Part shown: in pieces, positions 13,101 to 28,100 of the stretch
Layout of the letters: the number at the start of each line of letters is the position of its first letter
Position numbering within the stretch: position 1 is the stretch's first letter
DNA from: Ruditapes philippinarum
Lineage: Eukaryota
Assembly: GCF_026571515.1 (NCBI RefSeq)
Contig: NW_026859677.1
Span: 1-64,000 of the forward strand
DNA: 64,000 nt
Reading direction: 5' to 3'
Notes under the pieces: model-generated
Database searches by the model: none
Told to the model about the DNA's origin: nothing
The model's input: the letters and a program-made list of their open reading frames with translations, nothing else
Program-made: the position numbers and the translations under genes

Positions 13101-16100
13101 GAAGAGGTAATGATTAATTCACAAGGAAAGTCCTCCAGAAAATAATTTTTATCAAGTGTAATTTCTTTCAAGCTGAGAGCCAATCACGTGTAAGTTATGT
13201 TTTAATGACTCGCCCATGGAAATTTTCTTATGTACTTGAACTTTCTTAAAGCTTTTACCTTAAGTATTAGATCTACTTGCAGTGAATGACAAATAAAATG
13301 TACTTACAAAAATATTTTTTTATCAGACAAAAATGGTATAAAAACATTCTACAATACTTTAAGTACTATTTCAAGGCGATTTGTATTTTATATTGCAAGG
13401 TTCATTGTGTCCCCACGTTAGGGGGCAATCAGATTTACCCTAGTCCGTTCGTCCGTCCGTTCTCATGTTGTATCGCATTTACGTAAAAGTGCTTGAGCTA
13501 ATGCCAACAAACTTTACAGAAATGTTGATCAGCATGTGAAGTTGAGCACCTAGGGTTTCACGTGTGGATTAAAATTAAAATTTGAATTAAGGTTTGTAGA
13601 GTTATTGCCCTTGACTAAGTAAAAACTTGCTATTTTCAATTTGTGTCGCACATAGCTCTAAAAGTATTTGACCTAGAGTCATGACACTTTACAGAAATAA
13701 GCATGTGAAACGGTGCACCTTGGGTTTCAATGTTGACTTTTTATTATTTGTAGAGTTATTGACTTGACTTAGTTAACATTTGCCCAAAAAATATTTGACC
13801 AAATCATGAAACTTTACAAAAAAATGTTCGTCAGCATGTGTAGTTGTGCACCTGGGGATTCGCTTGCGGATTTCTTTAATATTTGTAGAGTTATTGTTCT
13901 TGACTTAGTAAATATTTTCAACTTAAAAAAATAAAGTATTTGACCTTGAGTCAGGAAAGATTACTGGACTGTTGGTCAGCATGTGTAGTTGTGCATCTAT
14001 GGTTGGTAAAAATCAGTACGTCAACATTGAAAAAAATGGATGCTGTTTTATGCCCCAACCACATTGTGGTACGGGGGTCATATGGAATTTACTTTGTCTG
14101 GTCCCTTTGTCTTACTGTCATGTTGTACGTCAGTAGACAGTAAGGTGTGAAGACAATTGTGTTCTATGGACACATTTCTAGTTTATACTTCACATGAAAC
14201 TGTTCAGTTTTCGCTCGCAGGACCATTTCCTCTTGCTTAAAAATCGTTTCGCAATGTGGCATAAGGTCACGCCAAACTGCTATGTTCAGCATTCTCTACA
14301 ATGCCAAGAGCTTTGATATTTTGGAAAATCTATAAAAAAAGGTTTTAGATATTATTATGCAGTTTGGGTCTAAAATGACAACATCGTATGACCAAATCAC
14401 TGACATTCTTGTTGTAAAAACGTGACCTCCTAAGCAATGCATTTCAGGTGAGCTTAAAGAACTATCATGGCCCTTTTTTTAAAAGAAATTTGTTTGTTTG
14501 TTCTGATTTACTTAAATGGCATGGGACTATATTTTTGCGCGTATGTATAGATATAATTGTTGTTCTAAAATATATGCAAGGCATGATAAGAAGACGATTT
14601 GTCTTCAAAAACTGTTTTAATGTTTACAGATGTGTTGTTGCTCTGAACATTTTAAATGTTGAAAATGAAGTAGCTTCACTTATTTGTACAACAATGCTGA
14701 TTTCCTGAGCTAAATGGCTTCAAGAAGAAGTGATATAATGGGTGCTTTTGTCAACGGACAATATATTTAAGACTTTGTTTTTATCAAAGCATGCTATTAT
14801 TTTAGCAATGCTAACCAAAATTTATTTGATATGACATAGCTTCAGATCCAAACCAAATAAAAAAGCTTTCATTTTGTATTAAAGAAATGGAGCCGGAAAC
14901 CAGTGTTGTTACAGCGCTAAAGGATATCTTGTGTTCGCGGCAGACACATATTTTGGAAGTACAGCTGACAAAAGTCACGATTGGGGAGCTGCACCATATG
15001 GTAAACCTGGTCATGTTCCAATTCTCTCTCATTGGGTAGACGATATAATTCCGCTATTCAGCTGTTGCCAGTGGACAAACTTCAAGTCATGTGACTATTA
15101 TGTTCAGCTAAGAGGAACTACGGATTGTACGGAATATAACCCTCCTGTACCAGGTATATATCTGCTAAATTTGTACTGTTATATCCTACGATACCAACTA
15201 TCGAGCTAAAACGCTCACATGCCAAGGTCACACTTGAAGGTCAACATTGATGGCGGGTATAATTTGTCATGTTCATAACTTTTTATCAATGAAGCGATTT
15301 TGAAATTTACTTGGCTCACCATAATATGACGATGTGCCATGCGCTACACCAAGACCGTACCCCCAAAGTCACTTAGTGGTTAAAGCTTAAGATCTGTTTT
15401 AGACTCGTTTTAGGTCAACATCCTTTCAATTCATGAAAGGAATTTTAACATAAGTTTGTACAAATATAGACAATGTGTCATGCGCAACACCCCAGAACCT
15501 CACCGTCAAGATCAAGGTCACAATTACTGGTCAAATCATAGCATTGTCGCATTGTCGCTAGAACAGGACGACAAAATGACGATGAGACAACGCACCGTTT
15601 GGCGTGTTTCTCTAGCGACAAGACGACAAGACGAAAAGGCGATAACGATATAGGTTGTGTTGCTATCGACAACGCAACGCGCAAAGTGTACCAAATCAGC
15701 CACCATACTTCTTACCGTGGAGAACAAACGTGTTCATCACATTGTAGCGCAGTTTGGTCTTTATTCGTTATTGTTTTCTTTTTAAGTTTATTTCTGTGTT
15801 TTATCGTTTTATGAAGTTTCTTACTTTACTGCTAGTTTGTAACATAATTATGATGACGTAAGAATTGTGACGAAGTTTCACTGCCATATTTATTTTACAG
15901 CGTTTGTGTACGGGCAAGGTCACATTGCGACATTAAGAGGCCAGAAGATCCGCGTCATGGCGCCGGGGGATTATATCTTGCTTAAAGCAGGGACCACAGA
16001 GGTGCAGGCGAGATTTGAGAATAATCTTACTCCAACTGAAAGTAAGCAGTTATAACTAATATTTTGAAGTCGACAAAGCATACATGTTGTTTTATTTATG

Positions 16101-19100
16101 GCATTTTTATAATCAAACATTAGAATGGAAATAACCAAGATAAGCAATTGACGTATTTGCGTAAATTTAACTAAAGGGAAGTAACCGTGTAAAGTTTTGT
16201 TTAAACAAATGGTTGATTTAATTAAAGAGAAGTTACCGTGTAAAAACAATGCTTGCTTAGTTAGAGGATATTTCATTTTCCCTCCAGGTAAACACACATG
16301 GACTTCATATCACAACTCATTACAAATCTTATATCTTTCTTTTTTCACATAGGTGGGAAGGTTATTAACAACACGTTCACGTTGACATCTGTGGCCATAG
16401 AAAGCGATGGAATATCAGACAGGGTAGAACTACGGTTGCAAAAAGATGATACTAAAAACATTGTTTACATCGAAGTGCTACTGAATGGAGAAATTAAAGA
16501 ATTTAAGGAGAAATCTTTAAAATGGCAAGATTTCAAAGGTAATGCTAGCTTTGTTAGTGTCAGTGACAATATGAAGTATATGAAAACCAATATCTTTTTA
16601 GAGATTCGTTGGTATTTATTATGCATTTTTTAAAATTTAATTGTCATAATTATAACATATGCTATTTTAGTGTAGATAAAACCGTTTTGTTATAAACTTT
16701 ATAATGTATTTTTCAATAAAACGTTGATTATAAACAACACTATATATCATACATTAAGCAATGGTTTTAGTAGATCTGCTGCAACACGAGTTGCAAAGGG
16801 GTTAACGAGCAGCCGACTTATCTTAAAGGGAAGATGACTGCCATGCAAAATGTTAAACCCATACTCTCCATGCCATTGTAAGGACATTAAATCTATGGTC
16901 TTATCCGCCCATGCATTTAAAAGACATTAGACACATGATCTATTTCAGCAAATGATTTGAAAATACATTATATGTTAGCTACATTCCGATCATGCAATCG
17001 AAAAGACATTAAGTCTAACTAAAATACATACAGATCATGCAAAAAGAAAAAAAAGATCAATACCTACATTCTGCGAAGCAAGGTCACGTTTTTCGATATT
17101 AAAAAGTTAGATTTTTAGCTCGACTATTTGCAGAATAATCGAGCTAATGCATTCACCCATTTGTCGGCGTCGGCGTCCTTGTGGGTATAAGCTGGTATTT
17201 CCATAACTACTAAAGGGACTGGATTGAAACTTCACACACTGTACTCTGTGATTATCTAACATGATTGGCACAAGTCTCATAACTCTGATTTGCTTTTTTA
17301 TATAAGTATGCCCTATGACTTAGAAATTCTTGTTAAAGGTTTTGCTTGTAAGCAGGTATCTCCATAACTACTGAAGGGTTTGTGCCTTTTTGGAAAAAAA
17401 TTATGCATTCATGATAATAAAGCAGTGATTAAGTCGATAAAACATCTTAATAACAAGCCTTTGTACCTTTCCGGACAATTTTATGTATTCATATAGGTAA
17501 GCATTATTATACTCAATGAAACACCCTTGTGACAACTTTTCGAATAGTCGAGCGTTACTGTCCTCCGACATTCCTTGTTTTATTGATTATATTCTTTTTT
17601 TAATAGCAAGTGCATTCTACATATTTCTTTTTAATTCTCATTTCAGGTGTTGCAGTTATTAATACCGATTTGACCGGAAAGAATGACAATTATACGGTGC
17701 TTCTTACCAATAACATAGGGTTTCAAGTGGCAACCGTTGCTGGCACCATGCAGCTAGATCTTATGATGCCTACGGACATTATTGTAATCTTTCATTACAT
17801 TTTATTTTAATTAATGCAAATATTTTTATTTAATTTATAAGATGCTAAATAGCTCTTATTTAATCAAAATAAAGAAGGTTATAACCAAGGCAGGGAAAAA
17901 CATAAATTTGCACGATATATGGATTCTAGAATGATAGTTAATTATACGTATTATGATATGAGGGCCACGTCATTATCTACAAACGTCAATAAAATTATTT
18001 TATAATTTTATAACAATCATTATTACACTATTGATAGTCCATTACAGTACTTAAATCATAATCAATAGTTTGAAGTACTTTAGTAGTCATAAAATGTGAA
18101 GCTACCAGACACCTAGGATTTTTAACGTACTTTTTTGTTTTAATGTAGTAATTTTATACTTGTTATTCATTAACTGATACTATTTTTTCATCTTAAACTG
18201 TAAATTAATATTAGCGAAATAATTCTTAATTGTCAGACACTACTTATCATAAATGTAATTTAATTGTAAAGTAATTGTAAAGTAATTGTAAAGTAATTGT
18301 AATGTAATTGTAATGTTATTGTAATGTAATTGTAATCATAAACTCTTACCCTGCTGGAAACCAAAACTAAAAACCTTTTGACACAAACATAGAGAAAAGC
18401 CAGATGGCACATCTGTGTAATCTGACCAGGTTCTGTTTTGTTGGTATATGTAGTTCAGATTTTGTATTTTCTCATCGAAATCCCTAAAAATGAAATAGAA
18501 TAAGTTATTATACAAAATTCAAAATAGGACTAATGCATTATAGAAACTCAGCAGGTTACGGAATCAAGCCACATAATGCTTCAGAAATCCATACTTTTTT
18601 TTTAATTTTTCAGAAATGTCAAGCATGTGTTTAATAATGTTTAAATTATAGATTAAGTGCATGTTAGATGTTTTACATCTACAGGAAGTAGTGCTAAACA
18701 TGCAAAGTAGTCTTTTTACGTCCATACTAATTCACGATGATTGTACCAATTGCAAACAGGGCTAAAGATACAAAAGATAGTTCTGGCATATAGCAAATGA
18801 GTATATTTTTGGAAACAATAACAAGATACCTTTATATAAAAGATATAGGTTTTGATAAATAAAAATGATAAAAAAAAAGAAATAAAAATGATAATTATCT
18901 TTTTCTGACGCATAATGGGCCTGTTTATAATGGATGTGTTTAATTCATCAAATTTTCAAAATCATATTAAATAGATTTTTGTATTTTACATGATGACTGC
19001 AGAAAGTGACATCTGGAATATTCGGAAACATTGACGGAGGCGAAACATTGTCGAATGGTGAATCAATTGATTTATTTGATGATGCTAACAAACCCGAAGA

Positions 19101-22100
19101 TGTGTACAATTTTGAAAAAGCATGTAAGTTTTACTTGGCTCTTTTTGCACAACTTTTATTTTTGTTTGAATAAGATTGCTTTAAACTGTTTAGTTTTACA
19201 TTAAATGGGTCTAGGTAAGTTTTATAGAACGAGTTTTGAATTGATTGCTGTTCCTAGGAGGAAACTGAACAATCCTTAATTAAATCTGTGTATATCTAAT
19301 TTTTAATAACATGTTTGTCTTTAATTGGTTCAGGTTTTTGTGATTTTCTATTTTGCAATTTACAATTAAAGTATATATGTTAATATATTATTAATTATAA
19401 TGTGTAGCATGTATTTAATAATAAAATTTTTCTTAGAATCTGATACATACTATAGCACTTACAAAAATTTAATTTTATAACCTCATTTGTAAAGAATTTT
19501 TTATATAAATAAATTGTCAGAACTCCACTTTAATGGTTTTGTTAAACTTCAAATTAGCACAAAAAATTATTTATTTTGCAAAAGTAAATAACCACAACAA
19601 TTATCTTTTTCCATTACTGTTCATTCACTTTATTTCTTTGACTTCGAATTTCGTGGTTTTTGTCGCAAAGAACATTTTCTTAGACTGTTAATTTTCCAAA
19701 AGGTGAAATATAGATAATGTCATGCAAAATAATCTTACAGCAGACGAAGTGAAATTTCGTTGAATCTTTAATTCGTGGAGACCTGAAAATTAGTTCCCCA
19801 CGAATAATAATGAGCATATACATAACAAATTTTAGGAGTTCAATTATTATTAGTGTGCTTCAAATATTAAAACGTAAATGATATTATCCAGAGCCTCAAG
19901 ATAATGTTTTCAATTAATCTTAGGACGATAGATAAAAAACAAAAATCCGAGAAACAGTGTGGGTAATACATTTACCAGTAGACGCTTTTACCGGCCAAGA
20001 CGTATAATAGTCCTTATCTTAGATGCGTTCACAAAACCCGAACGACTTACACCACAATTTTGTACATTCTTTGTCAATATTTTCTATAAGAAAAGGTCTA
20101 AATTTCAGAATCTTAGGTACGTAATACATTTCAAATATACCATTTTATCTAATTTCAGGGAAGGTGAAAAATAACAACCTTTTTAAAGACAGTAAAACGT
20201 TTCCAACAGAAGCAATTTTCAACCCTAAATCATTATCATTAAGAATACGTTCCCAGACTTACTGTACAATCAGCAGACGGACTATTTTTGATGATTGTGA
20301 ATTTGATTACACGTAAGTAAAACTAGCAATGATTAATAATAAGTTGGTCGACAATTCGCATAAAAGTGAATTGGTCTATAAGGCCGCGTCTTCACCTATT
20401 CAAGTTTCTTACATGTCACATTTAGATAAGCTAAATAATGGAAGGTATGCAAAGCAATAAATGATCCATAGTATTTAGTATTCAGACATTTCATATTGTT
20501 GGCATGTGCGAGATACATGATCTGATGTTGCATACTGATATTTATATAGCAGATAATAAAGTGCTCTAGAACAAAAAAATTATAGCTCATCATAACAAAT
20601 GTTCATAATAAATCATTCAAAACTGTATAATTTAAATATATTTATTTCTTCTTCAATATTTACAAACAAAATTACAATACATAAATTACGTCCAGGATTG
20701 AGTAGAAAGCTTAAAGCTTATATGAAACTCACTCCTGTAAAAAACATTTCAACAATTAATTTTAGTAACAACATTAAATAGTTTTTGTAATTACAGTTCA
20801 TTGTACCTGCATCTAATTCCATCTATATATTTACAAGAAGATAAAAAATAGACAAATAACTACTACCTAAGAAGTAATTTGTAAAGTGTCATATAATGAG
20901 GAGTTGGTCATGTCAAATGTTTAATATGTAATGCCTTTATCAAATTTAAATATTTTCTCGACATTGGAGAAAGGGAGATAAATAGCGTCTGCATGCATAA
21001 CCTAGTACAGAATTGTTACAATAATGTAAGAACATTATTTTACAAAAGTAGAATTCAGATCGTTAGAAACAGTTATCTCTGACTGCTCTCTTGTGGACCT
21101 GAACTAAACCAGAACACGAACTGGAGCCTAGAAGCTCCAGTAAGGTCTCAACATTTCTTTTCAAGCATTATTTAAGAATATCCAAATGTAACATTACTAT
21201 TGTTTATATCGATAATTGTAATACTTATGGATAAGGTGCCCATTGCAGACCAATCCACTTTAAAAGCAGATCATGTACCTGTCTGTTCGTAAAGTCGTGA
21301 AACCTAGTCTTTTTCTTGTTTTTCTCTCAATGTAGACTTATTCAAAAACAAAGACTTACGGAATGCAAGACATGATGTTTCTTATAGCAAACTTGTCTAA
21401 GCAAGTCGTATATTGTCTGACATTTATTGGCAGTCTTATATTTAAAACACAGGTTCTAATATTGTGCGACCGTCATTTTAAACAGATTTAAAGCAAGTCA
21501 AACCAATTGCTGCTTTTGAAAAAAAATGTTTATCTCTTAAGTGAAACAACATATTTTGTCGAATGTATAATTGCTTTTTTTATCAGTCGCACTGGCTCAG
21601 AAGCGATCGCAAAGGCAACACAGGAAGCTGGTATCAGGCGCGAGTCTCTTATTGATAATTTAGAGCCAAGTATGTTGTAACTTCGTATTTACGTACTTTA
21701 TTTTCTATCATTTACAGTAATCATTACCAGTAGGCATTTATTCATTTCAATCTTTACAACAAGTAATTCTTACATTATTGCTCAAATATTTAATACTAAT
21801 TTTATAATTTTCAAATTGTTAACTAGTATTATATATCTTTGTATAGAATCAAAATAAAACGACTAGCTATAAAATTTTATATTTTAGTGTGAAGAACAAG
21901 ATATAATCTTCTCATTTAAATGTGCGCAATGATGCATTAGATATGCTGTATTCTGCATTTTTTTTCAACCATTCTGATCACTGCCGGCTAATTAGTGACA
22001 CTACGTGAAAAACATAAAAAGATCTGACCTTGAGTCAGATTTGTTCTTCTGGATCATGCTGATCGTAAGGTAGTCTAACTGTAATATTTTCCCGCCAAAA

Positions 22101-25100
22101 AATCTCACATCTGCCAATATTGTTATAAATCGGCCATTTCAGGACCGTTATTTTTCACAATATTCTGTATTCAATATTTTTAACCGTTAATAACATAACG
22201 ATAAACGATATATGATTGTAAATAACATAATACCCAGTCTATTGAAAAAAAAAAACGTTCTAGAAATAACCGATTTACTACGATATTGGCCGATCTTTGA
22301 ATTTTTTGGCGGGAAAGAATTGCATTAAGTCTACCTCAAAATTGGGTCAATGTGACAAGTGTGTATTTTGCTTTTTTCAGTCCGGTCTTGTGGTTTACTT
22401 GATGTTCCGAGATCTAAAAAATCGAGCTATGAATACACAATTGGTACAACCACGACCGTAACTGAATGTAGGAGCGGTTCTTTATCGGGTAACACCACAT
22501 ATACATGCGTTGACAACTTGGGTGAAACTCAGGCCTGGTCTCCGGATGTGACAGCAAAATGTGGTATAAAAGGGTTTTTTATTGAGCATAAGCTTTTAAC
22601 AACATTTTTTTTATTTGTAGGGATATTTGGTATTGATATCAATCTAAATATTGTATATACGTGTATTGTTCTTATTTAATTGATTTATTTTGTCAGATAT
22701 ATAAATGCAGTTGCATTTAATAAATATTCGTTAAATTTCAACTGATTTTATGAATTATATATGGTGTGCTTCTCCTGTCCATGAACTGCGGGCCCTATCA
22801 TTTCTTCCAATCTTTGTCTAGTATACACTGTTATCAGATATCATTACACTTTATCCGAATAAGAATTTGCATATAGACAAGATGAATATATTCATACGCA
22901 CTTATTCCGCTTAAACTGTCCATAGAATAGTTCTTTTAACTACTATTTTTATAAATATCCATTTAATCTCATCTGATTTTATGAATAATATATGGTGTGC
23001 TTCATTTAGAAATTGTTTCATATAATGTCACTTTATGTAACATTAAAATTGTTTTAATTGTGAACAGGTAATGTATGTCCATATATACATATATTAATCA
23101 AATAACTGGAAAAAACAACTGGAAACTAGAATGACTTCCTGTCATATAACTGTAGTCACTGTAATTTGTGACCAAACGTGATCTATTAATACACATCACA
23201 AAAACTATACCGAAAATGTTACTCAGAACCTGACAATAAGTTTTTAGTGTATGATTGTTGTACTCAACCATACTCATAATGATTCATGAACACGTCCTTC
23301 GTTTTCCATTGTCCAATTTTCATCACTGTCTCTGGTAAGACTCCCTGCGTGACAGCTAATGTAGCACCAGTGGGTCTGAACGACTAAGCAGTATATCCCT
23401 TTAATCCAGCACGACTGATGGCATGTTCCAATATATGACTAATGGTATCACTTGTCACTGCCGCGAAAGGAGCACGTAAAGATATGAATAATGGTTTTAA
23501 TGTCAGATCCCGCAAATGTTCTGTCAGTGCATTATAGCATTTCAATCACGACACAGGATCCATTATCGAATCTGGATTTGACGAAATCTCTACAACAAAA
23601 ACATTCTCTTGGTATCATTTTGAATACCCCAAAAATGCATAGTTAATGAACCGTTTTCACCAAATCATAAGTAGAAATTGCAATCCGTTGAAGTTCGAAA
23701 TCATCCCGGTTAAATATATTTGCCTTAGGCGCCAAATCAGATGGACGTGTCATCATTACCTACTTCATTCGTAAATCCGCAACAGATAAATTGCTATTGT
23801 CACCCAAAAGTTGTAATAATCAGCGAGACATTGACCTTATGGTCCCTGTTTTAGTCAATGAAACAATAAGTCTTTTTATGTCTGGATTTTGAATAGGTGA
23901 ATCCTTATCTATAGACTGAATCAAGGAGGATATGGAAGCAGACACTGTACTAAGTATAGATTCAGGTCGTTCAGAAGAATCTGCTATTTCGCATAAAAAT
24001 TCCGCTAAATGGTCTAATGTTCTATTTTCAACAAATGGTATTCCTTTGTCCTTACAAAATGAAACGTAACAATTTGCATAATGATTGTAAATATGCATAG
24101 TGGATTCTGCAATACAATGCGTAGTCTGACGAGCAGCCCTAACAGACCACCCCATACATCTTAACCTAGCTGACCACAGATTATTTATGCATACATCTTT
24201 AAATACCTGTTTTTGATTAGTTCTATTTTAGGCCCGATGGCTTATACTGTTCTTTTTGATAATGGCAGTGGTTTGGTACACCTATTAACATGGAAATCAG
24301 TTTTTGTACCAATGTTTGCTTTCCAACTTTGGTGCTATTAACGTTGCAATTGCTCGCTGTGGACATATTATGTTCAGCACCTTTGGAATCAATGCAAATG
24401 GAGGATTGACATAGTTGTTGAAAAGACCCTAATCGACTTGTGCTAACTCGTCTACTACGTGTGTTAAAGGATCCCAAAACATTGAGATGTAAATTGACAG
24501 TTGCGTTGTAGTGATGAACGCAAACAATCTATGTCGTGCGGCCTCCAAATCCTGTCCAACATGTTGAATAAATTTGGGTGTAATTTCCATTCGTACGTAG
24601 ACTTTATGCGGGATAACTGGTTGGCACGATAATTTTCCATCCCTGAAAGAAAACGAGCTCCTATTGTGATATTGTGATCCATTGCCGTTATGTGGATATT
24701 GCGTGCAACAGTATCTAGATGAGTAGTTGAACTCCCCATATTGTTCAGAAAAGCTACAGTGGTAATACTGTCTGACAACACTTGGACATGTTTGCCTTCC
24801 AAGTGAGTTATGAATGAGAGAAGCCCCATTAACACAGCTGACAATTCGCGGAAGTTTGAACTTCTGTACGTCATAGACTTGTCCAAAAGGCCTTGTGCCT
24901 CGTAGTTCGGTATCCATGCCCCCATCCGTAGCCAAAAGAGTCTGTCACTAATTGTACATCAAACGATGTTTTGTTTAGTACACTAGCACCCACTGGATTC
25001 CAGTTATGTACTGAATTATACCACCATGTAAGGTCAGGAAAAGTATACTTATCAAAATTCAACGTATCCTGCCACGATTTCCTTGTTTGCAAAAGCCTAT

Positions 25101-28100
25101 CAACATTTCTTAAAAGCAATTTTCTGGTAATACATATTTAGTCATAGAAACACATTGACCCGCTACACTCATAGAAACACATTGACCCGCTACACGCGCT
25201 AGTTTTTCTTTTTTGCACTTGCATAACCACGACGCAAAATGTCTTTGAAGAATTCTGATTCTTCCTGGATTTATGCTAATTAAAGCTTCATCCCCAGTAT
25301 TGTCAATAATGTATCCGATGTGTAACAAGCTCGGGTGTTAATGAAGATATTTCATAGTTAATGGCTAAACCTAAATTCTGTCATACCGATACAAAAATGT
25401 TTTTGAAAGTTTCAATGTTTTTTTTTAGGATCCGAACACAATAAAATCTTCCATATATGCTACAACGCGAAAACCTATAGAGCGTAAATACTTGATAACT
25501 TCCCTAACAACTTTGTAAAAATAAAATGGACTACAACAATGCCCGAAAGGAAGAACGGTCCACTTGTAATAAATTTAGTACTCTTGATATTCAGCATGAA
25601 CAGGAATATGAAAACATCCGTTTTTAATATCTGCTGTTATCATATAATCTCTTGATTGAACAACAGAAATAACAGTGTTGATATCTTCATTACAAAACTT
25701 AGGTGCAACGCACTTTGAATCCAAAAAACGTAGGTCGGTTACAATACGGAAATTCTAATTTTTCTTTGAAACACAGTTAATAGGCGAAATGTACTTTGGT
25801 TTAACCTGACAAATTTCAATATACCCTTGCAGTAACAGATCATTCAATTCCTTCTCCAGAAAACGTGCTTCTTTGTCTGAAAATGACCTATTCACAAATT
25901 CAAAACATTCAATATCACAATGAAAGGAAAGTTTACACCATATTCTAACCAATTTAAACCTGTTCATTAGCTCCAATAGGGATTATTACCTATAACTTTA
26001 CTACAAAAAATATAATAATGTTACTGTTCTTTAATAAAATCCTGTAACTGTTGAGATGCACCACGACCCCTACCAAAATCTGTAGGAAAACGGCTCCTAG
26101 AACCACCAAATACGTCAAAACGTCCACGATATGCACTTCGTGGAAAATCACCACTAGCACCACTTTAACAAAAATAGTAATCTCCTGTAACAAACCTCCT
26201 TGCAAACTTGGATATGACTGGTGCACTGTATCTGTTGTGTATACTGGATAATTCAGGTGCAACCCGCACGTTGTTAATATTACGCTCTGTAAAGCCAGAA
26301 TTGCCCTTAGTAAGAGCACGAAATAAGTTGGCTGTGTTAGAATCAAATCTACCTTTCACAAGTAAGGCGGAATATTCGTCCTGTAAATGCTAAAATTTTC
26401 AGCTAGCACTGTTGCTATAGGATCTAAATCCAACTGTTTGCCTTCCTGTACCTGGCTAAGTAATTTTATTACAGGCTCAACGTACCTACCACATCTGGAC
26501 AATACGTTTAGCACAGGCTGATCTTCTCTTTAATTCCAGTACGTGAATCATGCAATTTCAAATTAGTGGGTAAAATAACCTTATCAACTGATGATCGTAT
26601 AGAACTATATTTCTCCTGCAAATCACTGAATACAGAGTTTTAGCGTGAATATTTGCCTCCAATGCTTCTAAACGATGTAAAATGAATTCCAAAGTAACGT
26701 TGTCCCTATTTGGAGATTTTTCAGCACCTCTTCCAAAATAAACAGTGGAATTTAAATGATCAAATTCTTCGTCTTCTGGCGACATTTTCACGGAGTGACC
26801 CGCCTGTGAGTGTGCACATGGACAAGATGAATATATTCATACAAACTTATTGTGCGTAAACTGTCCATAAAATAGTTCGTTTAACTACTATTAAAACATC
26901 TATAGACTGACAGCAGGTATTTTAATGTCAATATTTGAGAAGACGCATACACATAATTTTGTTATTACAGTTGTATCACGCTTATAAAAAAGTTATATTT
27001 GACTCCTTGCTAGGTTTTAGTTGTTCTCTGACGGTAGCAATAATAATCTCAATACTCGTTTTGTTTTGTTAAGTTATACATAAACCGTTTTTCCAACCTT
27101 TGGTTGTGCCCAAAATAACACGTTTTATTCCCTTATTGGCATCATTTCCACTTAAGACAAGAAGCAAAATTCTATATTTCATGGTTTAACCGCCGTATGA
27201 ACACATCTGTGGATGTTTCTAAATTCCAAATTTTACCATTTCATGTTTAAATGTTGAATTCTGCTTAAGCCGGTGCTAGGGGGCGTGGACGGTAACTTGC
27301 ACTTTCCAGTACCGTCCATGAACAGGCTCAATCAAACCGAGCCTGCAACATTTTCAATTTTGCCGTGTTGGGCTTTCTTTAGGGATTCTGTATTTATCTA
27401 TTTTGTTGTCTCTTTGCTAGCGACACAGAGTCAGGATACCGTCTTTAAAACGATACAATCAGCATGATGTCTTAATTTGTCTTTTGACGTCTTGTCTGTG
27501 ATATACAAGTTTCAAACATCGAATTCCAACTAAAAAATATCATTCTATTTAGTTTCGCCAATTGTTTTCTCGTTAAGAGCACACATTTACTTTTGGACCA
27601 TACGCTTCTACATATGGAATGGCACGGACGTATCAAATTGGAGGTTCCATGATAACCGCAGTATAAACGGAAAGAATGTTTCTACATTCCATTTTTCACT
27701 ATTTACATGTTTATTTGTTAAATTCTGCAAAAGCTGGTTCTAGGGGGCGTGGACTGTAGTTTGCAATTAACGACCACCGGCTATGAACAGGCTCCATCAA
27801 ACAGACCGTGCAACATTCTCATGTTTCCATTTTTAAGCGTATTTAAGGTGTAAACTTTTTAACATTTTTTGTGTTTTACTTTACGAAAAAGAGTAAAGTA
27901 GTCAGTTGACACCGCCTTGTTGTCTTTTGGCGTCAAAGAGAAAGAAGCCGATTGAAATAACTTTTCGCTTGCGTCAGAGAGAGAGACAGACCGGATAACT
28001 AGCATAGCTTCTTTTTTATATTTTTGCTTAAGCCAATTAGCAAAGTTTTTCTCTTGTCTTTTTGTTTCCGACAATTTGGCAATAATGACTTTAAATTGAT

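Larger units (their letters stand above)
22720..26892 (-). mobile_element. degenerate tyrosine-recombinase retrotransposon (DIRS order, PAT-like split direct repeats) in intron 15
   Basis: Minus strand: gag-like, RT (YISPINCVSKK; LPFG; FRVVAYMEDF), RNase H (QLVTDS; ELSAV; VLSDS), methyltransferase-like (WDP; NPPF), tyrosine recombinase (SFRPTGAT...IGQWK...FMNHY). Repeat A at 26822-26892 and 22877-22947; repeat B at 22951-23003 and 22720-22772. Confidence 0.9.

Noticed and set aside
22720-26892. LTR retrotransposon or prophage integrase
   Set aside because: The repeats are short and split, there is no DDE integrase, and the tyrosine recombinase is linked to DIRS-type RT/RNase H.
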